Part shown: one piece after another, positions 8,212 to 15,641 of the stretch
How the letters are laid out: every line of letters begins with the position of its first letter
Numbering within the stretch: position 1 is the first letter of the stretch
Translations under genes and position numbers: made by a program
From: Methylorubrum extorquens
GTDB taxonomy: Bacteria; Pseudomonadota; Alphaproteobacteria; Rhizobiales; Beijerinckiaceae
Reading direction: 5' to 3'
Assembly: GCA_900234795.1 (NCBI GenBank)
Contig: LT962688.1
Span: 3,390,001 to 3,422,000, forward strand
DNA length: 32,000 nucleotides
The notes under the pieces: model-generated
The model's input: the letters and a program-made list of their open reading frames with translations, nothing else
Told to the model about the DNA's origin: nothing
Database searches by the model: none

Positions 8212-9201
8212 TCAACCGCCGAAGCGCAGGGCGCGATCGTTGGGCGCAGCGAAATCGAGTTTGGGGCCGAGCGGCACGATCCCGGTCGGGTTGATGCCGG
8301 GATGGCTGCCGTAATAGTGGCGCTTGATCTGATCGAGGTTCACCGTCTCCGCCACGCCCGGCAGGGCGTAGAGATCGCGGAGATAGTTCGAGAGGTTGGG
8401 GTAGTCGGCGATCCGGCGCCGGTTGCACTTGAAATGCCCGACATAGACCGCATCGAACCGCACCAGCGTCGTGAACAGGCGGATATCAGCCTCGGTGAGC
8501 ACCGATCCGCAGAGGTAGCGCTGCCGGCCGAGCCGGTCTTCGAGCGCGTCGAGCTCCGAGAACAGGGCGGTGAAGGCGTTCTCGTAGGCGTCCTGCTTGG
8601 TGGCGAAACCCGCCTTGTAGACGCCGTTATTGACCCGGTCGTAGACGCGCTCGTTGACGGCATCGATCTCGCTGCGAAGGGCCTCTGGGTAGAGGTCCGG
8701 CCCGCCCGCGCCGAAGGCATCGTTCAGCATGCGGATGATCTCGGCCGACTCGTTCGAGACGATGGTCTCGCGCTGCTTGTCCCACAGCACCGGCACAGTG
8801 ACGCGGCCGGAATAGTCGGGCTTGGCCCGGACGTAGATCTCGTAGAGTCGCTTGGCGCCGAACAGCGGATCGGCGGTCGAGCCCGGTACTCCGCCCTCCT
8901 CCTCGGCCCGGAAGACCCAGCCCTCCTCGCGCATGTACGGCGAGACCACCGAGACGGTGATGGCCTCCAGCCCTTTCAGGCGGCGGACGATCAGCGTGCG
9001 GTGCGCCCAGGGGCAGGCGAGCGCGACGATGAGATGATAGCGTTCCGCCTCGCCGATGAACCCGCCCTCCCCCGTCGGGCCGGGGGTGCCGTCGGGCGTG
9101 ACCCAGTTGCGGAAGGCGGCGGCCGAGCGCTCGAAGCGCCCGCCGGACTTGGCGGTGTCGTAGCCCTTGTCGTGCCACTCGCCCTCGACCAGCAATCCCA
9201 T
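8212..9201 (-). CDS. yqjG: Glutathionyl-hydroquinone reductase (Xi-class GST, YqjG family)
   Basis: From MGLLVEGEWHD the protein aligns end to end with my recollection of E. coli YqjG: CPWAHR active-site motif, GRVTVPVLWDK, VSNESAEIIRM, NNGVYKAGFAT, TEADIRLFTTLVRFD, HFKCN and INPTGI. Confidence 0.92.
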   Translation of the reverse strand: MGLLVEGEWHDKGYDTAKSGGRFERSAAAFRNWVTPDGTPGPTGEGGFIGEAERYHLIVALACPWAHRTLIVRRLKGLEAITVSVVSPYMREEGWVFRAEEEGGVPGSTADPLFGAKRLYEIYVRAKPDYSGRVTVPVLWDKQRETIVSNESAEIIRMLNDAFGAGGPDLYPEALRSEIDAVNERVYDRVNNGVYKAGFATKQDAYENAFTALFSELDALEDRLGRQRYLCGSVLTEADIRLFTTLVRFDAVYVGHFKCNRRRIADYPNLSNYLRDLYALPGVAETVNLDQIKRHYYGSHPGINPTGIVPLGPKLDFAAPNDRALRFGG

Positions 9202-9370
9202 CCCGAACGGTCCTTCCGCGTTACGCAACGGGTGAGATGGAGGAGTGCACCGCCGGGGGAAGCCTGCAACACGGATCTCAGGCGTCCCATGCGCGGTTCC
9301 GGGCTGGCGGCCGGGGGCAGCGTATCCCAGATAGGCCGCCAATCGCCGTCACCGCGACCGGAGCCTGCCG

Positions 9371-10489
9371 ATGTCCGCCCGCCTGTTCGAGCCCCTGCGC
9401 CTGGACGACCTGGAACTCGAGAACCGCATCCTCATTGCGCCGATGTGCCAGTACTCGGCGCTGGCCGGCGCGGCGACCGATTGGCACCTGATGCATCTCG
9501 GCCAGCTCGCGCAGTCGGGCGCCGGGCTCCTCACCCTGGAGGCGACGGCGGTCTCGCCCGAGGCGCGGATCTCCCCCGGCGATCTCGGCCTCTACGACGA
9601 CGCCACCGAGCGGGCCCTAGCCCGCGTGCTCGACGCGGTGCGCGGCTACGCGCCGATCCCGGTGGCGATCCAGATCAACCATGCCGGCCGCAAGGCGTCG
9701 AGCCGCGCGCCCTGGGAAGGCGGCGCGCAGATCGCCCCGGACTCCGTCGATGGCTGGCAGACCGAGGCCCCCTCGGCGGTCTCCCACGCGGAGGGCGAGG
9801 TGCCGCCGCACGCCCTCGACGCGGACGGGTTGAAGCGGGTGCGCGACGGCTTCGTCGCCACAGCCAAGCGCGCCATGCGCCTCGGCATCGACGCCGTCGA
9901 GCTGCACGGCGCCCACGGCTACCTGCTGCACCAGTTCCTCTCGCCGCTCTCCAACCGCCGGGACGACCAGTACGGCGGCAGCCTGGAGAACCGGATGCGG
10001 TTTCCGCTGGAATGCTTCGAGGCCGTGCGCGAGGTCGTGCCCGCGGGCAAGCCGGTCTGGATGCGGGTCTCGGCGACCGATTGGGTCGAGGACGGCTGGA
10101 CCCTCGACGAGACGGTGGAACTCGCCTGCGCCCTCAAGAGTCGGGGCGCGGCCGCCATCCACGTCTCCACCGGCGGCCTCTCGACGGCGCAGAAGATCCC
10201 GGTCGGGCCGGGCTATCAGGTGCCCTTCGCCGAGCGGATCAAGGCGGAGACCGGGCTCACCACCATCGCGGTCGGCCTCATCACCGAGCCGCGCCAGGCG
10301 GAAGGTATCCTCGCCGAGGGCAAGGCCGACGCGGTCTCGCTCGCCCGCGCGATGCTCTACGATCCCCGCTGGCCCTGGCACGCCGCGGCCGAACTCGGGG
10401 CGCAGGTGCGGGCACCGAAGCAGTACTGGCGCAGCCAGCCGCACCAGTACAAGGATCTGTTCAAAAGCTCGGCCTTCGGGCAGCGATAG
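9371..10489 (+). CDS. NADH:flavin oxidoreductase, Old Yellow Enzyme family (YqjM-like class)
   Basis: 372 aa. LENRILIAPMCQYS, HAGRK, ELHGAHGYLLHQFLSPLSNRRDD(Q)YGGSLENR and VGLITEP are hallmark OYE motifs. Confidence 0.9.
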   Translation: MSARLFEPLRLDDLELENRILIAPMCQYSALAGAATDWHLMHLGQLAQSGAGLLTLEATAVSPEARISPGDLGLYDDATERALARVLDAVRGYAPIPVAIQINHAGRKASSRAPWEGGAQIAPDSVDGWQTEAPSAVSHAEGEVPPHALDADGLKRVRDGFVATAKRAMRLGIDAVELHGAHGYLLHQFLSPLSNRRDDQYGGSLENRMRFPLECFEAVREVVPAGKPVWMRVSATDWVEDGWTLDETVELACALKSRGAAAIHVSTGGLSTAQKIPVGPGYQVPFAERIKAETGLTTIAVGLITEPRQAEGILAEGKADAVSLARAMLYDPRWPWHAAAELGAQVRAPKQYWRSQPHQYKDLFKSSAFGQR

Positions 10490-10512
10490 CGCCTTCTTCT
10501 CCCATTCTCGAA

Positions 10513-10622
10513 CCTCATCCTGAGGTGCGCAGCGAAGCGAAGCCTCGAAGGAACCTCCAGGGATCGCGCGGCTGGCTGGAGGATCCTTCGAGGCCCGCTG
10601 ACGCGGGCACCTCAGGATGAGG
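10513..10622. repeat. 110-bp nested palindromic (REP/MITE-like) element between convergent genes
   Basis: The outer arms, cctcatcctgaggtgc (10513-10528) and gcacctcaggatgagg (10607-10622), are perfect reverse complements. The inner arms, 10542-10560 and 10576-10594, are 19 nt with one mismatch around a 15-nt loop. Confidence 0.6.
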
Positions 10623-10647
10623 ATGTGATGTTGGAAGGCGTTGGTGC

Positions 10648-11421
10648 CTACCGCCCCACCGCCCCCACCAGCGGCCCGAGCGGCCGGCTGAGGTCCGAGC
10701 GGCCGAGGCCGGGCGCGTAGAGGCTCGACACGCTGCCGTCGAGGAACAGGGCGTTGCGGCAGCCGAAGCTGTCCTTGAACAGGCGGGCGAAGGCGCCGAA
10801 GGTCACCGGGCGCTCCGAGATCGCGAACACCGCGACGTGTCCGCCGTCGCGCACGCCGACGCCGTTGCGGATCTTCTGGCTCGGGCCGTCCGCCGAGATT
10901 TTGGGGTGGATCTTGCCGTCGATCACCAGCATCGGCCCCGATTGCGTAGCGAAATCCGGCGCCGGCTTGGCGCGCAGGTAGCGTCCGGTATCGAGCACGC
11001 CGGCCCGGTCGCCCTTCACGTAGAAGACGCCGTTCGGCTTGAGGTGGAAGTTGCCCGGCCCGTTGGCGGTGGAGGCGCCCTTCAATTCGCGCCCGTCCTC
11101 GACATAGAGCCCGACCGGGGCCTGCCCCTTGTCGTACATGCCGGCATTCATCGCGAAGCTGAGGCGCGGGCCCTGCCGGTCGGCGAGGCTCGACAGCGAG
11201 CCGTAGGGCAAGCCGTCCGTTCCGAGCCAGAACAGCCGCACGCGCTCGCGCCGCAGATCGACGGTGCAGACCGTGTAGGGCTGCCCCTCGAACTCGACCG
11301 CCTGGCACGGCCCCTTGGCGGCGGGCACCGGCTGCGCCTGGACGGGCACGGGTGCGAGCGGCCCGAGAACGAAGCCGGAGACCAGGGCAGCGGCGAGAGC
11401 GGGAACGGCAAGGCGGCGCAT
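10648..11421 (-). CDS. Exported phosphodiester glycosidase family protein (DUF2233)
   Basis: Signal peptide MRRLAVPALAAALVSGFVLGPLAPVPVQA. NAGMYD, PVGLYVEDG, NFHLKPNGVF, QSGPMLV and ALFLDGSVSS are typical of DUF2233 / NAGPA-like proteins. The start is either ATG at 11421 or GTG at 11424. Confidence 0.8.
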   Translation of the reverse strand: MRRLAVPALAAALVSGFVLGPLAPVPVQAQPVPAAKGPCQAVEFEGQPYTVCTVDLRRERVRLFWLGTDGLPYGSLSSLADRQGPRLSFAMNAGMYDKGQAPVGLYVEDGRELKGASTANGPGNFHLKPNGVFYVKGDRAGVLDTGRYLRAKPAPDFATQSGPMLVIDGKIHPKISADGPSQKIRNGVGVRDGGHVAVFAISERPVTFGAFARLFKDSFGCRNALFLDGSVSSLYAPGLGRSDLSRPLGPLVGAVGR

Positions 11422-11577
11422 CACGGGCGGGCGGTTCCTGAAGGGGCGGCCCCTGCGGGGCAGGCACGGCCGTATCCGCCCTCCTCGCGCGAAAGCATGG
11501 CAGCATTCAAGCCGCCGGCACGACGGGCAGCGTCGTCCGCAGCAGCATCACAGGACGTTTGGGACCAGAGGTCGCAG

Positions 11578-11602
11578 GGACCGATTTTTCCCGTCACACG
11601 TT
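11578..11602 (+). promoter_or_regulatory. Candidate EcfG-type (general stress sigma) promoter upstream of the Gly-rich protein gene
   Basis: GGACC-N16-CGTT, one mismatch to the alphaproteobacterial EcfG consensus GGAAC-N16/17-CGTT. It ends 48 nt before the ATG at 11651. Confidence 0.25.
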
Positions 11603-11650
11603 CAAAGCCAACAGGGGGAGCACTTTTCTCTCTCGGGTGGAGACGATCTG

Positions 11651-12217
11651 ATGAAACGGGTTGTTCTGGCATCGGCGGTGATGGCAAGCGCGCTGATGAT
11701 GATCCCGGCCACCGCTGATGCCCGTCCGGGCTTCGGTGGCGGTGGCTTCCGCGGCGGCGGGTTCGGTGGCGGCGGCTTCCGCGGTGGCGGGTTCGGCGGC
11801 GGTGGCTTCCGCGGCGGCTTCGCCGGCGGCGGTTTCCGCGGTGGTGGGTTTGGCGGTCCGCGCTTCGGCGGCGGCTTCGGCGGCCCGCGTTTCGGCGGCG
11901 GATTTGCCGGCCGGGGCGGGTTCTATCGCGGTGCCGGCTTCGGCGGCTGGCGCGGCGGATATGGCGGATGGCGGGGCGGCGGCTGGGGCTACCGGCGCGG
12001 CATCGGCCTGGGTGGCGTCGGTCTCGGGCTCGGGCTGGGCCTCGCCGCGGGCGGCCTCTACGGCGGCTATGGTGGGTACGGCGGCTGGGGCGGCCCCTAC
12101 GGCTACACGACGGTCGGTTACGACCCGTATTTCGCCAGTGGTGGCTGCTACACCGTCCCGCGCCTAGCCTGGACGCCCTACGGCTACCGCCGCGTTCTGG
12201 TCGAGCGCTGCTACTGA
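11651..12217 (+). CDS. Secreted glycine/arginine/aromatic-rich low-complexity protein (RGG/FG-like repeats, C-terminal Cys pair)
   Basis: The ATG at 11651 has GGAG about 8 nt upstream. Signal peptide MKRVVLASAVMASALMMIPATADA, then GGFRGGGFGG-type repeats. The stop is followed directly by a terminator hairpin. The 112 upstream codons of the track ORF were discarded. Confidence 0.7.
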   Translation: MKRVVLASAVMASALMMIPATADARPGFGGGGFRGGGFGGGGFRGGGFGGGGFRGGFAGGGFRGGGFGGPRFGGGFGGPRFGGGFAGRGGFYRGAGFGGWRGGYGGWRGGGWGYRRGIGLGGVGLGLGLGLAAGGLYGGYGGYGGWGGPYGYTTVGYDPYFASGGCYTVPRLAWTPYGYRRVLVERCY

Positions 12218-12236
12218 TCGCATCGACGACAAGGAA

Positions 12237-12259
12237 GGGGCCGCTCGCGGCCCCTTTTT
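12237..12259. terminator. Bidirectional terminator between the Gly-rich protein gene and the DUF4174 gene
   Basis: ggggccg-ctcg-cggcccc followed by ttttt, with aagg(a)a on the left side for the opposite strand. Confidence 0.65.
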
Positions 12260-12269
12260 CGTTTGTGGC

Positions 12270-12677
12270 TCAGCGCTGCTTTGCCTCGTCCTGCCGCATC
12301 GGCATGGCGTCGATGGTCGAGAACAGGCGTTGCGGCGGTATCGGCTCCTCCGAGGTCAGCTTGGCGCCGCCGTCCTTGCCGACGAGCACCGCCCGGAAAG
12401 CGTTGTCCGGAAGGCCGAGATGCCGGCGCAGGGCAGCGGCCTCCGCCCCCTTTCCCACCGCCTCGACCGTGACGAGATCGCGCGCGGACGCGCCCGTCCG
12501 CCCCGATGCCAGCGCCTGCCGCTGCGCCTTCAGCTGCGCGTCATCGCCATCCGGCGCGGCCAGCACCAGCACCCGCGATTTCCAGCGATAGCCCGAGAGC
12601 GGATCGCCCCCGGCCGCTCCGGCGGACCCAGCCACTGCCAACATCGCCGCGGTCATAGCCGCCGTCTTCCACGCCAT
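12270..12677 (-). CDS. Exported DUF4174 domain protein
   Basis: The start is taken at MAWKTAAMTAAMLAVAGSAGAAG (signal peptide). YRWKSRVLVLAAPDGDD ... FRAVLVGKDGGAKL ... LFSTIDAMPMR matches the DUF4174 pattern as I recall it. Confidence 0.7.
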   Translation of the reverse strand: MAWKTAAMTAAMLAVAGSAGAAGGDPLSGYRWKSRVLVLAAPDGDDAQLKAQRQALASGRTGASARDLVTVEAVGKGAEAAALRRHLGLPDNAFRAVLVGKDGGAKLTSEEPIPPQRLFSTIDAMPMRQDEAKQR

Positions 12678-12769
12678 CGCGAACCTCCACAGTTGTACCG
12701 CCATGCATTGCCGGAACCAGCGCGCGACCCATCTGCCCGGTTCCACCCGAACGAACCCCGGAGGGCTCC

Positions 12770-13786
12770 ATGGCAGTCGTCAACCGTCGGATCGTGCTGG
12801 CCGCGCGCCCACACGGCGAGCCGAAGCCCGAACATTTTCGCCTGGAAGAGGGGCGCACGCCCACGCCGCAACACGGCGAGGTGCTGCTTCGGACTCGCTG
12901 GCTCTCCCTCGACCCCTATATGCGCGGGCGGATGAGTGCCGCGAAATCCTACGCCAAGCCGGTCGAGATCGGCGAGACCATGGTCGGCCAGACGGTCAGC
13001 GAGGTGGTCGTCTCGGAGCATCCAAACTTCGCCGAGGGCGATCTCGTGCTGGCCAATGCCGGCTGGCAGGAATTCGCCGTCTCGGACGGGAAGAATCTGC
13101 AGCGCATCGACCCCGCCGACGGGCCGCCGAGCCAGTTCCTCGGAATCCTCGGCATGCCCGGCATGACCGCCTATACCGGGCTTCTGGAGATCGGCCGGCC
13201 GCAGCCGAAGGAAACCGTGGTGGTGGCCGCCGCCGCGGGGCCGGTCGGCTCCCTCGTCGGCCAGATCGCCCGCATCAAGGGCGCACGAGCCGTCGGCATC
13301 GCCGGGGGCGCGGAGAAATGCGCCTACCTGACCGAGACCCTCGGCTTCGACGCGGCGGTCGACCACCGCGCCGCCGACTTCCCCGACGCGCTGGCCCGCG
13401 CCTGCCCCGACGGGATCGACGTGTATTTCGAGAATGTCGGCGGGGCGGTGTTCGACGCGGTGCTGCCGCTCCTCAACGACTTCGCGCGGGTGCCGGTCTG
13501 CGGCCTCGTCGCGGGCTACAATCTGAGCGAACTGCCCGCCGGGCCCGACCGCTCGCCGGTGCTGATGCGCGCCATCCTCACCAAGCGGCTGACGCTGCGC
13601 GGCTTCATCGTCTCGGATTTTGCCGCGATGCACGGCGATTTCGTCCGCGACGTCGGCGGCTGGCTGCGTGCCGGGCGGGTCAAGGCGCGCGAGGACGTGG
13701 TCGAGGGCTTGGAGAACGCGCCGGCCGCCTTCGCCGGGATGCTGCGGGGCGCCAATTTCGGCAAGCTTGTCGTGAAGGTCGCCTGA
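12770..13786 (+). CDS. NADP-dependent oxidoreductase, MDR superfamily (YncB/CurA/alkenal-one reductase-like)
   Basis: 338 aa. Starts MAVVNRRIVLAARPHGEPKPEHFRLEE, has the nucleotide-binding AAAGPVGSLVGQIARIKGARAVGIAGG, and ends RGANFGKLVVKV. GGAGGG SD. Confidence 0.9.
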   Translation: MAVVNRRIVLAARPHGEPKPEHFRLEEGRTPTPQHGEVLLRTRWLSLDPYMRGRMSAAKSYAKPVEIGETMVGQTVSEVVVSEHPNFAEGDLVLANAGWQEFAVSDGKNLQRIDPADGPPSQFLGILGMPGMTAYTGLLEIGRPQPKETVVVAAAAGPVGSLVGQIARIKGARAVGIAGGAEKCAYLTETLGFDAAVDHRAADFPDALARACPDGIDVYFENVGGAVFDAVLPLLNDFARVPVCGLVAGYNLSELPAGPDRSPVLMRAILTKRLTLRGFIVSDFAAMHGDFVRDVGGWLRAGRVKAREDVVEGLENAPAAFAGMLRGANFGKLVVKVA

Positions 13787-13860
13787 GGCCGGCGTCCGCC
13801 TGCGCGGACAGTCTCGGTTCCCTGGGCTACCGCGCCGTAAAGCCGCTTGTCGGGCAAAGA

Positions 13861-13875
13861 GAACATAGATAGAAC
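13861..13875 (+). promoter_or_regulatory. Alphaproteobacterial LexA (SOS) box upstream of ssb
   Basis: GAACATAGATAGAAC is an exact GAAC-N7-GAAC, the complement of GTTC-N7-GTTC. It lies 146 nt upstream of the ssb ATG in non-coding DNA. Confidence 0.55.
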
Positions 13876-14020
13876 ATTCATGGTGGCCACGGCACTCGGT
13901 GGTTAGCGTGCACAAAGGCCGCGGACGGCTTGCCGAGACGAGGCGGCACGCTCAAGAGTCGCGGCCATCGCGGGCGTGACCTACAATGCCCTGTGAGATC
14001 GGACCGGATGGAGAGATGAG

Positions 14021-14587
14021 ATGGCGGGCAGCGTCAATAAGGTGATTCTGGTCGGCAATCTCGGGCGCGATCCCGAGACCCGGCGTCTGTCCTCGGGCGA
14101 CCCCGTGGTGAACCTGCGCATCGCGACGTCAGAGTCCTGGAAGGACAAGGCGTCGGGCGAGCGCAAGGAAAAAACCGAGTGGCACTCGGTCGTGATCTAC
14201 AACGACAACCTCGCCAAGGTGGCGGAGCAGTATCTGCGCAAGGGCTCGAAGGTCTACATCGAGGGCCAGCTTCAGACCCGCAAGTGGACCGACCAATCGG
14301 GCGCGGAGAAGTACACCACCGAAGTGGTGCTCCAGCGCTTCCGCGGCGAGATGACGATTCTCGACGGCCGTGGCGGCGGTGGCGGCGGCGACTTCGCGGG
14401 CGAGGACGAGGGTGGCGGCCAGATCAGCCGCGGCGGCGACCGGGGTGGTGATCGCGGCGGCGACCGCGGCGGGCGCGACGATTACGGCTCGAGCCGCTCC
14501 GGTGGCGGCGGCGGCGGCGATCGCCGGCCCTCCTCGGGCGGCGGCGCCAAGCCGAACTACGACCTCGACGACGACATCCCGTTCTAG
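14021..14587 (+). CDS. ssb: Single-stranded DNA-binding protein
   Basis: [21 protein letters not shown] ... TEWHSVVIY ... OB fold, a Gly-rich disordered tail and the canonical acidic tip DLDDDIPF. Confidence 0.95.
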   Translation: MAGSVNKVILVGNLGRDPETRRLSSGDPVVNLRIATSESWKDKASGERKEKTEWHSVVIYNDNLAKVAEQYLRKGSKVYIEGQLQTRKWTDQSGAEKYTTEVVLQRFRGEMTILDGRGGGGGGDFAGEDEGGGQISRGGDRGGDRGGDRGGRDDYGSSRSGGGGGGDRRPSSGGGAKPNYDLDDDIPF

Positions 14588-14614
14588 GTTTCTGAACAAG
14601 GACGGTTTTGTGAA

Positions 14615-14644
14615 GGGTCGGCGCGAACAGCGCCGGCCCTTTTT
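14615..14644 (+). terminator. Rho-independent terminator of ssb
   Basis: gggtcggcgc-gaaca-gcgccggccc followed by ttttt: a 10-bp stem with one G-T wobble. Confidence 0.75.
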
Positions 14645-14963
14645 CGGTATCGGATCCCGCCTCGTCTGCCAGCCGGGTGACGTCACGTCGGATCGGGGCG
14701 ACGGATATGGAAAGCCGTGACAGCCGGCATCGATGCGGAACGCGCTTCTTCGAGCCTGCGATCGCTCGGAATCTCGGCACCAGAGGCTAACACCGGCCGG
14801 AACAGTGATTTCGGCTCCGCCATCTCCCGACGATGTCCATCGGCGGAAAAGCTGGCACGGCCGAGCACTTGCGCTGTTGTAACGGCCGTTCCCGGTGGCG
14901 GCTTCGAAATCCTGCACCATAATCGTTTCGCGCCGGGACGGCGGAAGGAGCAGCCAAGGATCC

Positions 14964-15569
14964 ATGCTGAACACAGCGTCGAACGCGCCCGTCGCGGAGG
15001 AGCGCCCCCTGGAAAAGGCGCTCGGCCATCAGGTTCGCCTGCTGCGGCGGGAGCGCGACCTGTCGGTGGCCGACCTCGGCAGCGCGGCCGGCATCTCGCC
15101 GGGCATGATCTCCAAGATCGAGAACGGGGCGATCTCGCCCTCGCTCGCTTCGATCAACGCGATCGCCTCGGCCCTCAACGTGCCGATCACCGCCCTCTTC
15201 GCCGCCTTCGAGGAGACCCGTGACTGCAGCTACGTGAAGCGCGGCCAAGGCGTGCCGATCGAGCGGCGCGGCACCAAGGTCGGGCATCTCTACGAGTTGC
15301 TCGGCGCCGGCATCCGCGGCGACGTCGTGGTGGAGCCCTATCTCATCACCCTGCAGGACGAGGCCGAGGCCTATACGAGCTTCCGCCATGTCGGGACGGA
15401 ATTCATCTACATGCTGACCGGCGAGGTGATCTATCACCACTCGGGCCAGGACTATCACTTGGCGCCCGGCGACGCGCTGATGTTCGATTCGAACGGCCTG
15501 CACGGCCCGGCCAAGCTCATCAAGACGCCGATGACCTATCTCTCCGTCATCGTCTATCCGCGGACGTGA
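14964..15569 (+). CDS. XRE-family HTH transcriptional regulator with C-terminal cupin domain
   Basis: The start is taken at MLNTASN, with GGAAGGAG 14 nt upstream. HTH_3 region: LGHQVRLLRRERDLSVADLGSAAGISPGMISKIENG. Cupin region: GTEFIYMLTGEV ... LAPGDALMFDS. Confidence 0.85.
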   Translation: MLNTASNAPVAEERPLEKALGHQVRLLRRERDLSVADLGSAAGISPGMISKIENGAISPSLASINAIASALNVPITALFAAFEETRDCSYVKRGQGVPIERRGTKVGHLYELLGAGIRGDVVVEPYLITLQDEAEAYTSFRHVGTEFIYMLTGEVIYHHSGQDYHLAPGDALMFDSNGLHGPAKLIKTPMTYLSVIVYPRT

Positions 15570-15641
15570 CGGCGCCGTGCGATAACGATCCGTTCACCAT
15601 AAGCTGCAAGGCATCGTGCGACGGAGCGGGAGAGTGATGCG

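Noticed and set aside
7625-8428. 5'-extended versions of several track ORFs: 7625..8428, 8212..9342, 19515..21512, 15992..16936, 11315..12217, 1276..2007, 2103..2918, 12270..12746, 14895..15569, 29284..30318
   Set aside because: The extensions are Arg/Pro-rich, overlap neighbouring genes or repeat hairpins, and precede an internal Met that begins a signal peptide or aligns with the known family N-terminus, often with a visible SD. Shorter starts were used. Exact starts remain uncertain by a few codons.
8119-11506. Other very long shadow ORFs. Examples: 8119..10620 (+, 833 aa), 9617..11506 (-, 629 aa), 17229..19133 (-, 634 aa), 6855..8039 (-, 394 aa), 12653..13915 (-, 420 aa), 25925..27352 (-, 475 aa), 30406..31533 (-, 375 aa).
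   Set aside because: Each overlaps, antisense or out of frame, a gene with strong family motifs (yqjG, OYE, the TonB receptor, ybbN, the MDR reductase, cysN, ACAD). All have Arg/Pro/Gly/Ala-biased low-information translations. They are high-GC artefacts.
14385-14530. [14 protein letters not shown] and poly-Gly repeats, with the underlying DNA repeats, in the ssb 3' half
   Set aside because: This is the normal Gly-rich disordered linker of SSB proteins preceding the conserved DDDIPF tip. It is not a separate feature.
14900-14915. ggcttcgaaatcctgc, which superficially resembles a tRNA T-arm (GGTTCGAATCC)
   Set aside because: It is not an exact T-loop, no acceptor, D or anticodon stems can be drawn around it, and it lies just upstream of the XRE-cupin start. 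I found no tRNA or rRNA gene in the window.
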